A stretch of DNA of 64,000 nt from Chlorokybus atmophyticus. Its lineage: Eukaryota > Plantae > Mesostigma and Chlorokybus algae. Below the pieces are notes generated by a model that saw nothing but the letters and a program-made list of their open reading frames with translations, did not search any database and was not told where the DNA came from. Both the position numbers and the translations under genes were made by a program. The stretch spans positions 1,532,744 through 1,596,743 of the forward strand of contig RHPI01002069.1 in NCBI GenBank assembly GCA_009103225.1, read 5' to 3'. Each line of letters begins with the position of its first letter. Position 1 is the stretch's first letter. Shown in pieces: positions 61,366-64,000 of this stretch.

Positions 61366-62249
61366 ATGTACGTGCGCGTAAAGAGGAAGCGCACAACCGT
61401 CTTCGTGCACGCGGAGCCCACCGACACCCTCGGTAAGCTGACCCGTGTACACCTGCAGACGACTTAGCACGACACAGCAAACAACAAGTGGCTTGCTACG
61501 TTAGCTGGACTGGCTTTGCGCGGGTGCGTGTCGTGTTTGCTGCGCATGTCTGCGACCGACCGACCGACCAAAACACTTCTGCTGCAGGACAACTCGATTT
61601 CTAATCCTATGCATGTTGTTGGGAATAGACCACAAACAGGCGCAAGAAGTCTCATTTTCGCTCTTGCAATCTTGCTTGTTGAGTTGTGTTTGCGTCTCAC
61701 ACAGGGCGCGTGAGGGAGCGTCTTGGAGCGATGATCACCGTGCCTGCTGCGAACCTGCGTCTGTGCGCGCCCGACCGGCCCGCAGCCACCGTGCTCGACG
61801 AGAACAAGACACTTGCCGACCTGCGAATTGAGAACGACGCCGTGCTCGCCGTCGTCTACAAGCAGGAAGGTGGGTCCACCTGCACCCGCGTGCAATCACA
61901 CATGCATTGTCACAAGCTTGCACATCCCCACCAAGCTGGTGTTGCAAAGGCTGTGTTTGCACACCAACTCAGCAAGAATGGTGCTTCGTTTACTCCACAG
62001 AGTATGCTATCTGCAGGTTGTGCACTGAGTTGACAGTGCGTTGGTGCCATTGCCTTATCTTTCTGGAACAGCTGCACTGCAAGTCACTGTACGATCGAAT
62101 GGCTTTGGGTAAAGTATCAACAAGCTTACTGCGCACGTTTCCAAAAGCATTGTGTTTGTCGAAAAGGCACTGAGGAGTGGGAAGACGTGGACATTGAACA
62201 GCTGCCAAGCAGGGCTGGTGCAGTCGACGATGCCGCAGCAAAGTCATGA
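61366..62249 (+). CDS. ELOB: Elongin B-like ubiquitin-fold protein (exons 61366-61432, 61705-61869, 62167-62249)
   Basis: Spliced MYVRVKRKRTTVFVHAEPTDTLGRVRERLGAMITVPAANLRL..VLDENKTLADLRIENDAVLAVVYKQEGTEEWEDVDIEQL. Phase-1 junctions are consistent. Confidence 0.88.
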
Positions 62250-62861
62250 GGTTTGCATAGCAAGGACACCGTAGTATAACTAGTGACACTATTGCAAAGT
62301 GATACACTGCTGGTGTTTGCCAACAGCCTGCAGAAGCACAGTCAAACGTAACCAAGTGCATCCGGCATGTGTTCATGCATTGCACAAGATTGGCGGGGTT
62401 GAGCAGAGGCGTCGGTATTCTACCAATTGTTGCGCTTTATCGTGTATTTCTGGTGTCATCATGCCGAGCAACAAGCGCATGTCGCCATTTGTTGCAAGTG
62501 TAGTGCACCATTGTTGCAGACACACCTCTTCAATCGACTTAGCTTGCAACTTATGCAAGTCGCAAGCTAATGTGAAACAAGCGTTGTTGCAAGTTTCGTC
62601 AAATTAGCACACGTTTGCATGTTTTAAGAATAGCATTGTGAAAGCTAGTGATTTGTGTATTGACATGCAGTGTACATCGCAATGCATACCATAAAATTGA
62701 CATGTATATAATGCATGCATCGCAGAAACTCATTGTGTCATTGCGCGTTAATTTAGATGATTCATTTGCCATATTCAAACTTGCTACAGATTGATGCATC
62801 AACACGTACAACCTAAGCATACCATATTCGTGCGAACACACAACCCCCCGATACAAATAAA

Positions 62862-62923
62862 GCCCCCCCCCCCCCCCCCCCCNNNNNNNNNNNNNNNNNN
62901 NNNNNNNGGGGGGGGGGGGGGGG
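62862..62923. other. Poly-C / N gap / poly-G assembly artefact region
   Basis: Direct reading. Confidence 0.9.
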
Positions 62924-63190
62924 TCGCACAAACTCATTACATACAGATGATGACACATGATACAAACATACCAAAGACCGCGAATGACAAAAAACAATGT
63001 CCTTTTGGAGGCGCACTGTACAATGCGTACATTCTTAACGACAAGCTGGTTACTACATAGCGTGCCATATTGCTACCTACTTATGATGATTGGTCACGAA
63101 ATGCAACACAAAATGAAATGATATTGCATATCAACTTACATTACCGTAATAGATGAGGTTGCATTGTTTATAACATTGCAATTATTACCG

Positions 63191-63194
<4 letters not shown>

Positions 63195-63268
<74 letters not shown>

Positions 63269-63273
63269 GAGAG
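63195..63273. repeat. (GA)n microsatellite
   Basis: Direct reading. Confidence 0.95.
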
Positions 63274-63616
63274 NACCAGCCATCAGTCGCTAATTCAATT
63301 CAATTCACACCAAGCGCTGCTTGCTTTGTGCTCGAAATTTGGGCTCGAAAGCTACTTGTTAACATCATTCTTTCGCAATAACACATGTCGACATGTAGAT
63401 TCCATTACGCAAGATAGCAACAACTTTTGAATTTAATTACATACAAACATCTGAATTGGCATGCATTGATGGATCATCGATGGATCATGCAAGCATATGG
63501 TATAGCAACGGGGCCCTGCATGAACCGTAAACCCAATATAAGTGTTACATGGGTGCTACATGGTAAAAAACTTCAACACATACACATAAGTCATTTAGAA
63601 TCGATTGACCAGCTAA

Positions 63617-64000
63617 GCTGACGCCCAAATGACTCACACGCACACTGATGAGCTGTACAGACAGTGCGTGGGGGTGCCGATGGGCAACAACGCTGGTGCA
63701 CATTTGGCGAATGGGTATCTGCTAACCCACGAACTCGACTTCGCCGACCACCTGCAGAGCACTGGTGACGTACAGCTGTTAGCAAGGTGCTCGCGCGGCG
63801 TACTGCGATACATAGACGATCTGTTTGTGGCGGACATCCCGGAGTTTGAGCATCTGCTGTACAGAGGACCGGGTGTCCCAGGGGGAGGCATATACCCGCG
63901 AGACATTCTGACGGTGACCAGCACTGCCTGCGGTACTTCAGTCTCATTTTTGGATCTGTTAGTGTTCCAGACGGAAGTGGGAATGTGTACCAGACTATAC
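63617..64000 (+). mobile_element. 5'-truncated Penelope-like element RT, open to the window edge (absent from the supplied ORF track)
   Basis: The frame from ATG 63629 reads LYRQCVGVPMGNNAGAHLANGYLLTHE..LRYIDDLFV..GIYPRDIL..SVSFLDLLV..TRLY, the PLE RT motifs 4-7 with no stop codon. Confidence 0.88.

Noticed and set aside
62373-62558. Small minus-strand ORF convergent with ELOB
   Set aside because: No recognisable domain or linked upstream exons; it may be UTR sequence.

Overview
Eukaryotic genomic DNA, most likely from a green alga: GT-AG introns, a plant-type Tubby gene, a plastid-type DnaJ-like zinc-finger gene and OXA1. The species cannot be determined from the sequence. Bases 1-43,600 are a nested transposon graveyard. 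It holds three pieces of a split-direct-repeat DIRS/PAT-type tyrosine-recombinase retrotransposon, two Ty1/Copia families, a decayed Ty3/Gypsy element, a decayed Helitron RepHel and an intron-rich DUF6729/Dada-like DDE transposase gene. It also holds two families of ~510-bp miniature LTR elements (TRIMs). Bases 44,000-62,300 are a compact host-gene island: Tubby-like protein, DnaJ-type Cys-rich protein, OXA1, a CAP59/GT69-like glycosyltransferase and Elongin B. A Penelope-like RT ORF runs off the right edge. The most interesting signal is in the TRIMs. Both families carry a tRNA-type RNA polymerase III A box at the LTR 3' end and a B box in the internal region just past the PBS, so a complete promoter would exist only at a 5' LTR/internal junction. 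A T4 tract lies in the LTR just upstream of the A box. The second notable signal is a dense array of WRKY W-boxes in the Copia LTRs. All calls were made by eye; no searches were run, and some boundaries are approximate.
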